Shown here in pieces: positions 38,008 to 46,736 of a stretch of 64,000 nucleotides of DNA. Numbering within the stretch: position 1 is the first letter of the stretch; each line of letters starts with the position of its first letter. Source of the stretch: an uncultured Bdellovibrionales bacterium (GTDB lineage: Bacteria; Patescibacteriota; Minisyncoccia; Moranbacterales; UBA2206). Under the pieces are notes generated by a model. The model ran no database searches and had not been told where the DNA came from. It saw only the letters and a list, made by a program, of their open reading frames with translations. Made by a program: the position numbers and the translations under genes. The DNA lies in contig CAYOTC010000003.1 in assembly GCA_964406815.1 (NCBI GenBank), forward strand, positions 7,259-71,258. Reading direction: 5' to 3'.

Positions 38008-39570
38008 TTAATTTTGCAAAGTGAAAATCAAGCTGTCTCCAGTAATCTCTTTTGGTTTTTCAATTTCCATTAGTTCCAAAATGGTGGGAGTAATATCACT
38101 CAGTATCCCTTCGACTCTGATTGGACTTTCTGGATTTTCTGTTTCAGAATGATTTTCTCCAGTAATAAGCCAGAGCGGAACGGGGTTGGTGGAATGCTCA
38201 GTATCCGGTTCGCCGGTTTTTCTGTTTATCATTTCTTCGGCATTACCATGATCGGCAGTAACCAATAAGCAACCTTTTTGGTGCAAGACTTCCTGGATAA
38301 GTTTTCCGAGGCATTCGTCTACAGTTTCAATAGCTTTTATGCCAGCTTTTAAATTTCCAGTATGTCCAACAATATCAGCATTGGCATAATTAATTAAAAT
38401 AAAATCGTATTTATTTTCTTTAACAAAATTAATCACTTTTTCGGTTATTTCGAAAGCACTCATTTCCGGCGCCTCAACGAAAGTCGCTACATTTTTTGAA
38501 GGAACTATGACACGATCCTCTCCTGGAAATGGTTCTTCTTTTCCTCCGTTGAAAAAATAAGTTACATGGGCAAATTTTTCAGTTTCAGAAATGCGAAGTT
38601 GTCTTTTATTATGCTTGCTTAAAATTCCTCCAAGACATTCTTTAATTTCAATTGGAGGATAGGCAACTTCAGTCGGAAGATCGGCTTCATATTCTACCAT
38701 CGAAACGAAAAGAAGATTTTTAATTTCTTTTCTTTCGAATTTATTAAATCCCGGCAAGACAAAAGCCTTGGTTATTTGTCTGGCGCGGTCTTCTCGGAAA
38801 TTAAAGAAAATTATCGCATCGTTGTCGCTTATCTTAGTCAGTGGCTTGCCATCTTTCAAAATAACAGCCGGTTCGATATATTCGTCGAATACTTCTCTTT
38901 TATATGACTCCTCAAGATATTTTATCGGATCTTCTATCTGTTCTCCTTCACCGGAAACCATTGATTTGTAAGCTTTTTCAATCCGGTCCCAGTTGTTATT
39001 TCGATCCATCCCGAAATATCTTCCGCCAAGCGTGGCAATTTTTCCGATTCCATATGTTTTTAAGCGTTCTTCGAGTTCTCGAATGCATTCCACATCCGCA
39101 GTCGGTGAAGAATCACGTCCATCAGTGAAAATATGCAAAAAAACATTTTCCGCTTTCTGGTCGCGCATAAGTTCTAGCATGGCATAAAGATGGTCGGTAG
39201 TCGAATGGATTCCACCTTTTCCCAACAGTCCCATTATATGAAGATTGGAAGAATTTTTTTTAGTGTGTTCGATGGCTTTCAAAAAAGATGGATTTTTGAA
39301 AAAATTTCCGCTTTGGATATCCAAAGTGATGCGTGGCATATTTTGGTAAATAACCTGTCCGGTTCCGAGCGAAATATGTCCAACCTCCGAATTTCCCGGT
39401 TCTCCCCAAGGAAGCCCGACGGAAATACCGGAAGCTTGGATAGCTATATGTGGATAAAAACTATTTAACTTATCGGCGGTAGGAGTATTAGCTTCAAGGA
39501 CTGCGTTACCTTTTTCTGCTTCTCCTATCCCCCAACCATCTAAGATTACTAAAATAACTGGTTTATACAT
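38008..39570 (-). CDS. gpmI: 2,3-bisphosphoglycerate-independent phosphoglycerate mutase
   Basis: MYKPVILVILDGWG N-terminus and metalloenzyme-domain motifs. Confidence 0.9.
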   Translation of the reverse strand: MYKPVILVILDGWGIGEAEKGNAVLEANTPTADKLNSFYPHIAIQASGISVGLPWGEPGNSEVGHISLGTGQVIYQNMPRITLDIQSGNFFKNPSFLKAIEHTKKNSSNLHIMGLLGKGGIHSTTDHLYAMLELMRDQKAENVFLHIFTDGRDSSPTADVECIRELEERLKTYGIGKIATLGGRYFGMDRNNNWDRIEKAYKSMVSGEGEQIEDPIKYLEESYKREVFDEYIEPAVILKDGKPLTKISDNDAIIFFNFREDRARQITKAFVLPGFNKFERKEIKNLLFVSMVEYEADLPTEVAYPPIEIKECLGGILSKHNKRQLRISETEKFAHVTYFFNGGKEEPFPGEDRVIVPSKNVATFVEAPEMSAFEITEKVINFVKENKYDFILINYANADIVGHTGNLKAGIKAIETVDECLGKLIQEVLHQKGCLLVTADHGNAEEMINRKTGEPDTEHSTNPVPLWLITGENHSETENPESPIRVEGILSDITPTILELMEIEKPKEITGDSLIFTLQN

Positions 39571-39809
39571 ATTTTTCTTATTTATCTTTTATAGAAATTT
39601 TCCTAAGGCAATAACTGGATATAATAATACCACTTTAAGCCGTCTTTGACAAAAATCTTTTGCTGTAATAGTATTTAGTAAGAATATAATTTATTAAAAA
39701 CTAGTCTGGTTATATTGATAAACAAGTCAGAAAAAGCATAAAAAGCCTTATCTTAGACAAAATTATAATAATGAGCTTATGATTTATCAATCGAACAGAA
39801 AAAAAACAT

Positions 39810-41342
39810 ATGGAAGTGAGTTTAACGATTCTTGGAGTCGTAATTTTATCTTTGGCAGTGGGTTCATTTTTAGGTTACTATACAAGACAGACAATCGCTA
39901 AGAAACAACTACATACCGCCGAAGGACGGGCTACTAAACTTATTGAAGAATCTGAGAAAAAATCTCAGGAGCTTGTGCTTGAGGCAAAAAACAAGGCTTT
40001 AAACATACTTGAAGAAGCTAAGAAAAAGGAGCAAGAAAGGGAAAATCAACTGATGCGTTTTGAGGAGAGATTGGAAAAAAGAGATGCGACTATTGACACT
40101 AAGATGGCTGAGATTGAAAAGGGCAAAGTGGCATTGGAAAAGAAAGCGGAAGAAATCAGAATGATCAGAAAAGAAGTGGATGAAACCAGAAAGCAGGAAC
40201 TTAAGAGGTTGGAAAAAATCGCTGAACTTTCCAAGGAATCAGCCAAAAAAATCCTTCTTCAACTTACTGAAGAGGAAAATCGGGAAATGATTGTCAAAAA
40301 AATTAAGCAATTGGAAGTTAGTGGACGAGAAGAACTTGAAAAGAAAGCTCGGGACATTATGACTCAAGCGATTCAAAAATATGCGGGATCGCACGCAGCA
40401 GATGTGACAACCAGCACAGTGAGCATTCCTTCTGATGAAGTTAAGGGAAGGATTATCGGAAGAGAAGGGCGCAATATTAAAGCACTGGAAAGACTTACCG
40501 GAATTGAAATTATCGTAGATGATACGCCGGAAGCGATTGTTATTTCCGGATTTGATCCGGTCCGAAGGGAAACTGCCAGAATTGCGATTGAACGACTCAT
40601 AAGCGATGGACGCATACATCCGACCAAAATTGAAGAAGCGGTTGAATTTGCTAAGAATGAAATTAATAATAAGATTCGCGAAGCTGGAGAAGCGGCTGCC
40701 TATGATGTAGGAGTAGCCGGACTTGATCCGAAACTCGTTCATATTCTCGGACGTCTGCGTTATAGAACCAGTTACGGTCAAAATGCGCTGCTGCACTCTC
40801 TTGAGGTGGCACATCTTTCCGGAGCGTTGGCAGCAGAACTCGGATGCGATGTTACTTTGGCTAAGAAAGCCGGGCTCCTTCACGATATCGGGAAAGCTAT
40901 TGATCATGAAGTACAAGGAACTCATGTGGAAATCGGAATAAAGATTTTGGAAAAATTCCATGTTGATAAAGAAATAATTGAAGTGATGAAATGTCATCAT
41001 GAAGATTACCCATTTTCTTCTCCGGAATCGATGATTGTTTCAGCGGCTGACGCGATTTCTGCCAGTCGTCCGGGAGCCAGAAAAGATACTTTAGAAAATT
41101 ATCTCAAACGTCTGGAAGAACTTGAAGCGGTGGTTAATTCTTTTGAAGAGGTGGAAAAAACTTATGCGATCCAAGCGGGAAGGGAAATTAGAGTATTTGT
41201 AAAACCCGATAAAGTTGATGATCTTGGCGCTATCAAACTTTCTAAAGCTATCGTAGAAAAAATTGAAAAAGAATTGAAATATCCAGGGGAAATAAAGATA
41301 AATGTTATTCGGGAAACCAGAGTGGTGGATTATGCAAGATAA
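39810..41342 (+). CDS. rny: ribonuclease Y
   Basis: N-terminal TM, coiled coil, KH domain (GRIIGREGRNIKALE), HD domain (HSLEVAHLSGALAAELG...HDIGKA). Confidence 0.9.
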   Translation: MEVSLTILGVVILSLAVGSFLGYYTRQTIAKKQLHTAEGRATKLIEESEKKSQELVLEAKNKALNILEEAKKKEQERENQLMRFEERLEKRDATIDTKMAEIEKGKVALEKKAEEIRMIRKEVDETRKQELKRLEKIAELSKESAKKILLQLTEEENREMIVKKIKQLEVSGREELEKKARDIMTQAIQKYAGSHAADVTTSTVSIPSDEVKGRIIGREGRNIKALERLTGIEIIVDDTPEAIVISGFDPVRRETARIAIERLISDGRIHPTKIEEAVEFAKNEINNKIREAGEAAAYDVGVAGLDPKLVHILGRLRYRTSYGQNALLHSLEVAHLSGALAAELGCDVTLAKKAGLLHDIGKAIDHEVQGTHVEIGIKILEKFHVDKEIIEVMKCHHEDYPFSSPESMIVSAADAISASRPGARKDTLENYLKRLEELEAVVNSFEEVEKTYAIQAGREIRVFVKPDKVDDLGAIKLSKAIVEKIEKELKYPGEIKINVIRETRVVDYAR

Positions 41343-41348
41343 TAGATT

Positions 41349-41378
41349 AAGTTCATAAAGTTTATAAAGTTTGTAAAG
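41349..41378. repeat. three tandem copies of a 9-bp unit AGTTYRTAA immediately after the rny stop
   Basis: aagttcataa agtttataa agtttgtaa ag; same unit recurs after rpoB at 58961..59000. Confidence 0.55.
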
Positions 41379-41559
41379 AATAGATAAAATCCAGTAGTTA
41401 TAAGCCTAAAAAGCTAATCAGCTAACAAGCTAAAAATTTGCTTGGTAACTGTGCATAAAATCGATTTGCTTTATTTGAGGCAAAAGATGTAGAATATATA
41501 AGTAAGCTATTCAAGTTTTAGAAAATTAGTAAAATATTTATTTGAAAGGAGGTGGCACT

Positions 41560-41844
41560 ATGGCAAACAATATAAACAAGGATGCTTTGGTAACAGCAAT
41601 CAGCGGAAAAACTGAGCTTTCCAAGAAAGATATTGAGCTCGTTATTGACACTATGACTGAAGAGATTACAAAATCTCTCCAAGCTGGTGACAAAGTTACT
41701 TTGACAGGTTTTGGAACTTTTAGAATTTCTGATCGCGCAGCTCGCGAGGGAATCAATCCTCAGACCAAAGAGAAAATCCAGATTCCTGCTATGAAAGTTC
41801 CTAAGTTTACTGCCGGAAAAGCATTGAAAGAAGCCGTGAAATAA
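41560..41844 (+). CDS. hup: HU-family nucleoid DNA-binding protein
   Basis: GFGTFRISDRAAREGINPQTKEKIQIPAMKVPKFTAGKALKEAV; RBS GGAGG before the ATG at 41560. Confidence 0.85.
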   Translation: MANNINKDALVTAISGKTELSKKDIELVIDTMTEEITKSLQAGDKVTLTGFGTFRISDRAAREGINPQTKEKIQIPAMKVPKFTAGKALKEAVK

Positions 41845-42010
41845 TTACAATATCGAACTTGTTTTCTTTTTTAAGATAACAAGCAAGAAGATAGCGGTGA
41901 AATCCCTGGAAACAGGGATTTTGCTTTAGGGGGATAAAATATTGTTTTATTGACGGATGGGATTTTTCTCGTTATGATGGACTAGTTAATTGTTGCAAGA
42001 AAATTATAAA

Positions 42011-42081
42011 CGGAGCGTGGTGTAGTGGTAGCACGAGTGGTTTGGGACCATTTAGCCCGAGTTCGACTCTCGGCGCTCCGA
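42011..42081 (+). tRNA. tRNA-Pro (anticodon TGG)
   Basis: Acceptor CGGAGCG/CGCTCCG, anticodon loop TTTGGGA. Confidence 0.8.
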
Positions 42082-42088
42082 CAGGAAT

Positions 42089-42128
42089 AGTATTTAGTAT
42101 TTCGTATTTAGTATTTTGTATATTGTAT
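42089..42128. repeat. 7-bp tandem repeat (GTATTTN) x5
   Basis: agtattt agtattt cgtattt agtattt tgtatat tgtat, between tRNA-Pro and tRNA-Gly. Confidence 0.5.
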
Positions 42129-42272
42129 CCGGCTAAGAACGGATTCTTGATTTTTTCTAATGATTGCGATATTCTAGATAAGGATTAAAGTTGAAAATTT
42201 AATAGAAGTTCGCCTTTGCGGACTACTAAGCGGGATTGCCTCGCCGTAGTCACGCTAGAGGCGTGAATAGAA

Positions 42273-42344
42273 GCGGGTGTCGTATAGTGGCTATTATATC
42301 AGCCTTCCAAGCTGAGGAGGGGGGTTCGATTCCCCCTACCCGCT
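42273..42344 (+). tRNA. tRNA-Gly (anticodon TCC), used as the integration site
   Basis: Acceptor GCGGGTG/TACCCGC, anticodon stem TCAGC/GCTGA with loop CTTCCAA; the last 17 nt are repeated at 50884..50900. Confidence 0.85.
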
Positions 42345-43949
42345 CAACATAGTAGAAACAGCTTCCAAATGAGCTGTTTTTGCTTTTTCAGAAGCAAATT
42401 CTGCTGGTTCTAACGCGCCAAATTCAACCTTGATCAAATTCACACCGTTTTGGATTAGTTCATATTGTTTTTGCAGTTGAATGCTCAATTTTTGGTCTTT
42501 AAGAACAAAGTTAGAACCTAATGCTCTCAAAATTGCTGACTTATCTTCATAAGTTCCCTCCGAAAACCAATACTTGCTGTAAGTTGCAAACTTAAATGTT
42601 TTTTCTGTTAGATCTATCCATTCGTTTATTCTTTCGTCTAAATTTTTAAGTTCTCGCTGAATCCCGGACTTTTCTTTAAGCAGAACAGATTTCTGTTCCC
42701 TAAATTCTTCGTCGGATAGCAATTCTCTGTTGGCATTATCAGAAGATATGTAAAGCTTGATAAGATTATCTATCCTTTTTGTGCAGTCAATAAACGCTTT
42801 CTGCTGATTTTTAATCAAAAGCTCTCTATTGACACTCTCTTTTTCATTTTCCCTGTTCAAAATTTCAATGGCAAGGTTGAAATAACTTTCTGGTATGGAA
42901 ATACTATCTATAATTTGGAATGCTTGGCTTTCCAGCTCTGAATAGTTTATGGGTTTTTGGTTACAGGTTATTCCGGCTTTTCTTTTTGTGCAACGGTGAT
43001 AGATGTATGAATGTATCTTTCCCTCCGATTTTACATACTTGGTCTTTTCGTCCGCAGTTATTGCACAACCGCATTCTCCACAAAATATCAATCCAGTTAA
43101 AGGAAGTTTCTTATGCTTCGCGCGCGGCTTTCCTTTTCTTCCCAATATTTTCTGAACCTGATCATATTCTTCTGGTGTAATCATTATTTTATGTTGTCCC
43201 TGATAAACTTTTCCGGCGTATTCAAATTCCCCATAGTAAAAAGTGTTTGTGAAAATCCGGTAGATGTGCGACAAGCTCAATCTCGTTTGCCTTTTGTAAT
43301 AGCTGGTGCGAAGTCCCCATTGGTCATTAACTATTTCAGCTATTTGAGGAACTGTATAGTTTCCAGTAAGCATTAGTTCCCACATTTTTCTTACTAAATT
43401 AAATTTTTTCTCATCAACTAAAATTTCCTTGCTTCCCTTATCTTGATACCTGTCATTTAAATATCCTATCGGAGCAAGTCCCGGACGCCAACCCTTTTCT
43501 GCTTTTGATACAAGCCCTCTTTTTACATCTTTGGATAAATCAAGGACAAACTGGTTTGCCATTCCCAATTCAACACTCATCATCATCACATTATCTCCCG
43601 TCCTATATTCGCGTGAGGGCGTCTGAATTGAGCGTAGGGAGCTTTCTTGCAATAACCACTGTATTTCACCCCCATCAATCGGATTTCGGGAAAGGCGGTT
43701 GATTTTCCAACAAAGTATTCCATTTGCTCCGCCTCTTTTAATTTCCTCCAACATCTTATTAAATTCAATTCTGCCGGGAGCTTTGGCTGATTTATTTTCC
43801 TCATAAAAACCAACTACTTCCAAATTAAGCAGTTTGGCGTATTTTTCCAGCTCTTTGCGCTGATCTTCAATGGATTGAATCTGCCGATCTTCTGAATCGG
43901 TAGATTTTCTTAAATACATAAGATATTTAATTTTTTCTGAATTCTCCAT
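42336..43949 (-). CDS. large serine recombinase (resolvase catalytic domain, recombinase domain, Zn ribbon, coiled coil)
   Basis: N-terminus YLRKSTDSEDRQIQSIEDQR with catalytic Ser, ...GILCWKINRLSRN; CxxC pairs (CGECGC...C); C-terminal coiled coil; 3' end overlaps the tRNA-Gly 3' end. Confidence 0.85.
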   Translation of the reverse strand: MENSEKIKYLMYLRKSTDSEDRQIQSIEDQRKELEKYAKLLNLEVVGFYEENKSAKAPGRIEFNKMLEEIKRGGANGILCWKINRLSRNPIDGGEIQWLLQESSLRSIQTPSREYRTGDNVMMMSVELGMANQFVLDLSKDVKRGLVSKAEKGWRPGLAPIGYLNDRYQDKGSKEILVDEKKFNLVRKMWELMLTGNYTVPQIAEIVNDQWGLRTSYYKRQTRLSLSHIYRIFTNTFYYGEFEYAGKVYQGQHKIMITPEEYDQVQKILGRKGKPRAKHKKLPLTGLIFCGECGCAITADEKTKYVKSEGKIHSYIYHRCTKRKAGITCNQKPINYSELESQAFQIIDSISIPESYFNLAIEILNRENEKESVNRELLIKNQQKAFIDCTKRIDNLIKLYISSDNANRELLSDEEFREQKSVLLKEKSGIQRELKNLDERINEWIDLTEKTFKFATYSKYWFSEGTYEDKSAILRALGSNFVLKDQKLSIQLQKQYELIQNGVNLIKVEFGALEPAEFASEKAKTAHLEAVSTMLSG

Positions 43950-44210
43950 AGATATTTAATTTAAGAATACTAAAAGGACGGACTGGTTGACCCAACTTAC
44001 CACGAATGATTTGTCGGCAGTCCGCCCTTTTAGGACGACAAAAAACAAAAATTCGTGGAATTTGATTGGGTCAACACTTAAATTATAGTGTAAATGTTAA
44101 CATTTGTCTACATTTTCTGATATTTTAAACCGTAACAATATTATTTTGTAAATGCTATCATTTGCTATCATATTCAGATATTTTGATATGTATAATACCA
44201 TCATTTACCA

Positions 44211-44459
44211 CTATTCTCTGATATTTTCTATGCGTAGCGCGTATTCTCGTAAACTATCATCTAACAATATCAGTCCTTGATTTTCCACCAAAATTGCCAA
44301 TTCAGTCCAGTTCATACCATATGATATTTTTCTTGCATAGCTATCGCTAAAACCAGCTTTCAATGCAGATCTGTAATAATTATGGCAAGTTTCACTTTCC
44401 GGAGAAAAATAATAGCGCGCAAATTCCAGTTTTCTTTCTGATAGTTTATATCTATTCAC
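44211..44459 (-). CDS. phage terminase small subunit-like HTH protein (Terminase_2-type N-terminal domain)
   Basis: LSERKLEFARYYFSPESETCHNYYRSALKAGFSDSYARKISYGM matches the conserved TerS pattern L(T/S)xKQxxFxxxY...AxxxAGYSxxxAR. Confidence 0.5.
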   Translation of the reverse strand: MNRYKLSERKLEFARYYFSPESETCHNYYRSALKAGFSDSYARKISYGMNWTELAILVENQGLILLDDSLREYALRIENIRE

Positions 44460-44576
44460 AAAATATAAATAATTTATTTACCCTTATTTAGAGGAATAAT
44501 ATAGATTATAGTTATTACTACAGTATTTATCTAAAGTAATGAGGTGCAATTTGTATTACTATAGTATTCAACTTAT

Positions 44577-44891
44577 TTAATGTTCTTTAACTATCGGCAT
44601 ACTTGCGTAATCATACTGCCTTAATACTTCGTCAGAAATCTTTTTCCAAAGCGTTTTTTCAACAAGTAAATATTTAAAAGGCGGAAATCTTCTTTGTGGC
44701 ACTTGAACATTTAACCCACCATATTGGCTTTTCCAAACTGTAAAACCAGTGATTGTAAAATATTGTCCGGTAATCCCTCTGAAAGAAACCGTAGCATTGG
44801 CAAGCAAATTAGGGTGTCTTTTGGAATTTTTGTCTGAAAATGGCTTGACCTTACAAACAAACTCATTAAGATCAATTTGTGTGTTTTGCAT
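44577..44891 (-). CDS. SpoVG-like protein, putative
   Basis: NLLANATVSFRGITGQYFTITGFTVWKSQYGGLNVQVPQRR resembles the SpoVG core (...[23 protein letters not shown]); remembered similarity only. Confidence 0.35.
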   Translation of the reverse strand: MQNTQIDLNEFVCKVKPFSDKNSKRHPNLLANATVSFRGITGQYFTITGFTVWKSQYGGLNVQVPQRRFPPFKYLLVEKTLWKKISDEVLRQYDYASMPIVKEH

Positions 44892-44917
44892 ACTAATTTA
44901 AATTTTAATAATTATTT

Positions 44918-45202
44918 TTAGTTTATTTCTCCCCGCCTCGTTTTTGATAAGGCGTTTAGCCACTTTAAATTGCTTTGTGGCACAAAAATCAGGATAGCAT
45001 CTGGCATAACAGTGCCTCCGGATACAAATTCTCGCTCGTTAATCTTTGCTGGCTTGGGTTCTCTCATAAATCGGCACTTGTCTTGATTCCTACCACTTCT
45101 CAAATGGAGTTCAGGGTCTAATGGACAAAAGTTTTGGGAGCAACTCTTAAAATGCGGACATTTCCCCATATTATCTGTAAATGATTGGCATTGTTTTTTC
45201 AT
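44918..45202 (-). CDS. small Cys-rich hypothetical protein
   Basis: 94 aa with seven Cys (e.g. CPHFKSC, CSQNFC), likely metal-binding. Confidence 0.4.
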   Translation of the reverse strand: MKKQCQSFTDNMGKCPHFKSCSQNFCPLDPELHLRSGRNQDKCRFMREPKPAKINEREFVSGGTVMPDAILIFVPQSNLKWLNALSKTRRGEIN

Positions 45203-45449
45203 AGGATTTTAATCTTAATTTATTAGAAAACGCTTCATAATTTGTTTTTTTGATTGGCTTATAAACCCTTTTTAATAGCCCCACCAAATTTCTGATGCAT
45301 TCAAAAGATTCTTCGGAAGAAATAGCTTGTCCGGTTTCAATTTTATATAGTTTTTGGAATTTTTTTGCGTCAGATTCAGTGATCATTTTTTTAGTTATAA
45401 ATTCTTCCTTTTGTTTCTTTTTGGATTGAGATAAACTTTTTTGGTTCAA
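45171..45449 (-). CDS. small hypothetical protein (overlaps neighbours, phage-like packing)
   Basis: 92-aa basic ORF. Confidence 0.3.
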   Translation of the reverse strand: MNQKSLSQSKKKQKEEFITKKMITESDAKKFQKLYKIETGQAISSEESFECIRNLVGLLKRVYKPIKKTNYEAFSNKLRLKSYEKTMPIIYR

Positions 45450-45624
45450 CCAATAGTTTATTTTGATAAAAATTTTCTAAAATTTTCTCAGTATCCTCTT
45501 GTTTTTCCAAATGGAAAATGCACCGATTAGCATTACTTTTATCAACTTTGATTAGCTGGTGATTGAGATATTGCAAAACTACGCAGATATTTAGATCGGA
45601 AGTTTGAAAAAATTTTCTAATCAT
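45391..45624 (-). CDS. small hypothetical protein
   Basis: 77-aa ORF overlapping 45171..45449 in another frame. Confidence 0.3.
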   Translation of the reverse strand: MIRKFFQTSDLNICVVLQYLNHQLIKVDKSNANRCIFHLEKQEDTEKILENFYQNKLLVEPKKFISIQKETKGRIYN

Positions 45625-45697
45625 AATTTTTGTAACTAAAAAAGCATACTTTCAGTATGCTCTTTTTAATGGTTCTGTCGTTTTTATCTACCTATTT

Positions 45698-46462
45698 CTA
45701 CCTATTCCCATTTTTAAAGTTTCCTAATTCATTTTTTAATTTTGTTATGTCTATCGGATCAATAACCGTTACTTGCTTGATCAATCTAATTTTCTGTTTG
45801 GCGACATTGAATAGATACTTCCTCAAAGCTCCTTTTATTTTTATATCATTCAAAAAATTATTGAAGGGCTTTATTTCCCTTTTTAATTCTTCCTTTAATT
45901 CGCTTTTTAAAAACACTTTTCCATCATTTTCAAATAAAAAGGCGATAATTGAATCATTTGAAGATTCAAAATCTGGTCTTGCAATTAAAATATTATTTAT
46001 TTTTATTTCCCTTGTTTTTTCATTATAGTCCAATCTTAAATCAAATATGGGAGAATTATTTACCTGAAAGTTTTTTAGAAATTCTGCAATTTTTTTTGGA
46101 TAAAATTTGCATTTGGCTCTCAAAAGAATATAATTAACATCTTTAAGATGAGCTTCATTGATCTGTTGCAAATAATCTATTGGATCAAAATACCTTTCTT
46201 CCACCAGTTGGGAATCGTCCGGTTCATATTTTTCAAGTTTATAGCTTACAATAACGTTCTTTCCTTTTAAATATTTGAGTTCATTTTCCTTATCCCACGC
46301 ATAATCAAAATTATCATAATCGCCCAGTATAACATTACCTGTTTGTATGTTTTTGCCAATTCTCTTATTTTTTATCCCTTTTTCTAATTGATCAATAATT
46401 TGTTTTAGAATTACAGGATTTGGCTCGGTGGTTTTTTCTGTTTTCTTGTTTACGTTTGCCAT
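45698..46462 (-). CDS. hypothetical protein (largest non-integrase gene of the leftward module)
   Basis: 254-aa ORF, no recognised motif. Confidence 0.45.
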   Translation of the reverse strand: MANVNKKTEKTTEPNPVILKQIIDQLEKGIKNKRIGKNIQTGNVILGDYDNFDYAWDKENELKYLKGKNVIVSYKLEKYEPDDSQLVEERYFDPIDYLQQINEAHLKDVNYILLRAKCKFYPKKIAEFLKNFQVNNSPIFDLRLDYNEKTREIKINNILIARPDFESSNDSIIAFLFENDGKVFLKSELKEELKREIKPFNNFLNDIKIKGALRKYLFNVAKQKIRLIKQVTVIDPIDITKLKNELGNFKNGNR

Positions 46463-46736
46463 TTTAATGTCATTTTAATTTCTTTTATTTTAACCCTGAT
46501 TTTGCCCAATATCAAGCAAAAAGTTGTTTTTTTGTCTATCTTGTATTAAAGTATAGATGTCTATACATTCACATAAGTTCAGAAGTGGAAACACTATTTT
46601 AGTGTTATTGATCGTGATTTTAAGCGGGCGACTCCGACGACACGATCAGACCACTTCGGTGATTTTGTGAGTGTATAGACCGTCGGGTCGTCCACTCAAA
46701 AGAACTTCCTGACGGCTTAACTATTAAGTCGTTTTT

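Noticed and set aside
40239-41000. 253-aa minus-strand ORF
   Set aside because: Antisense to rny (RNase Y), which has clear KH and HD motifs.
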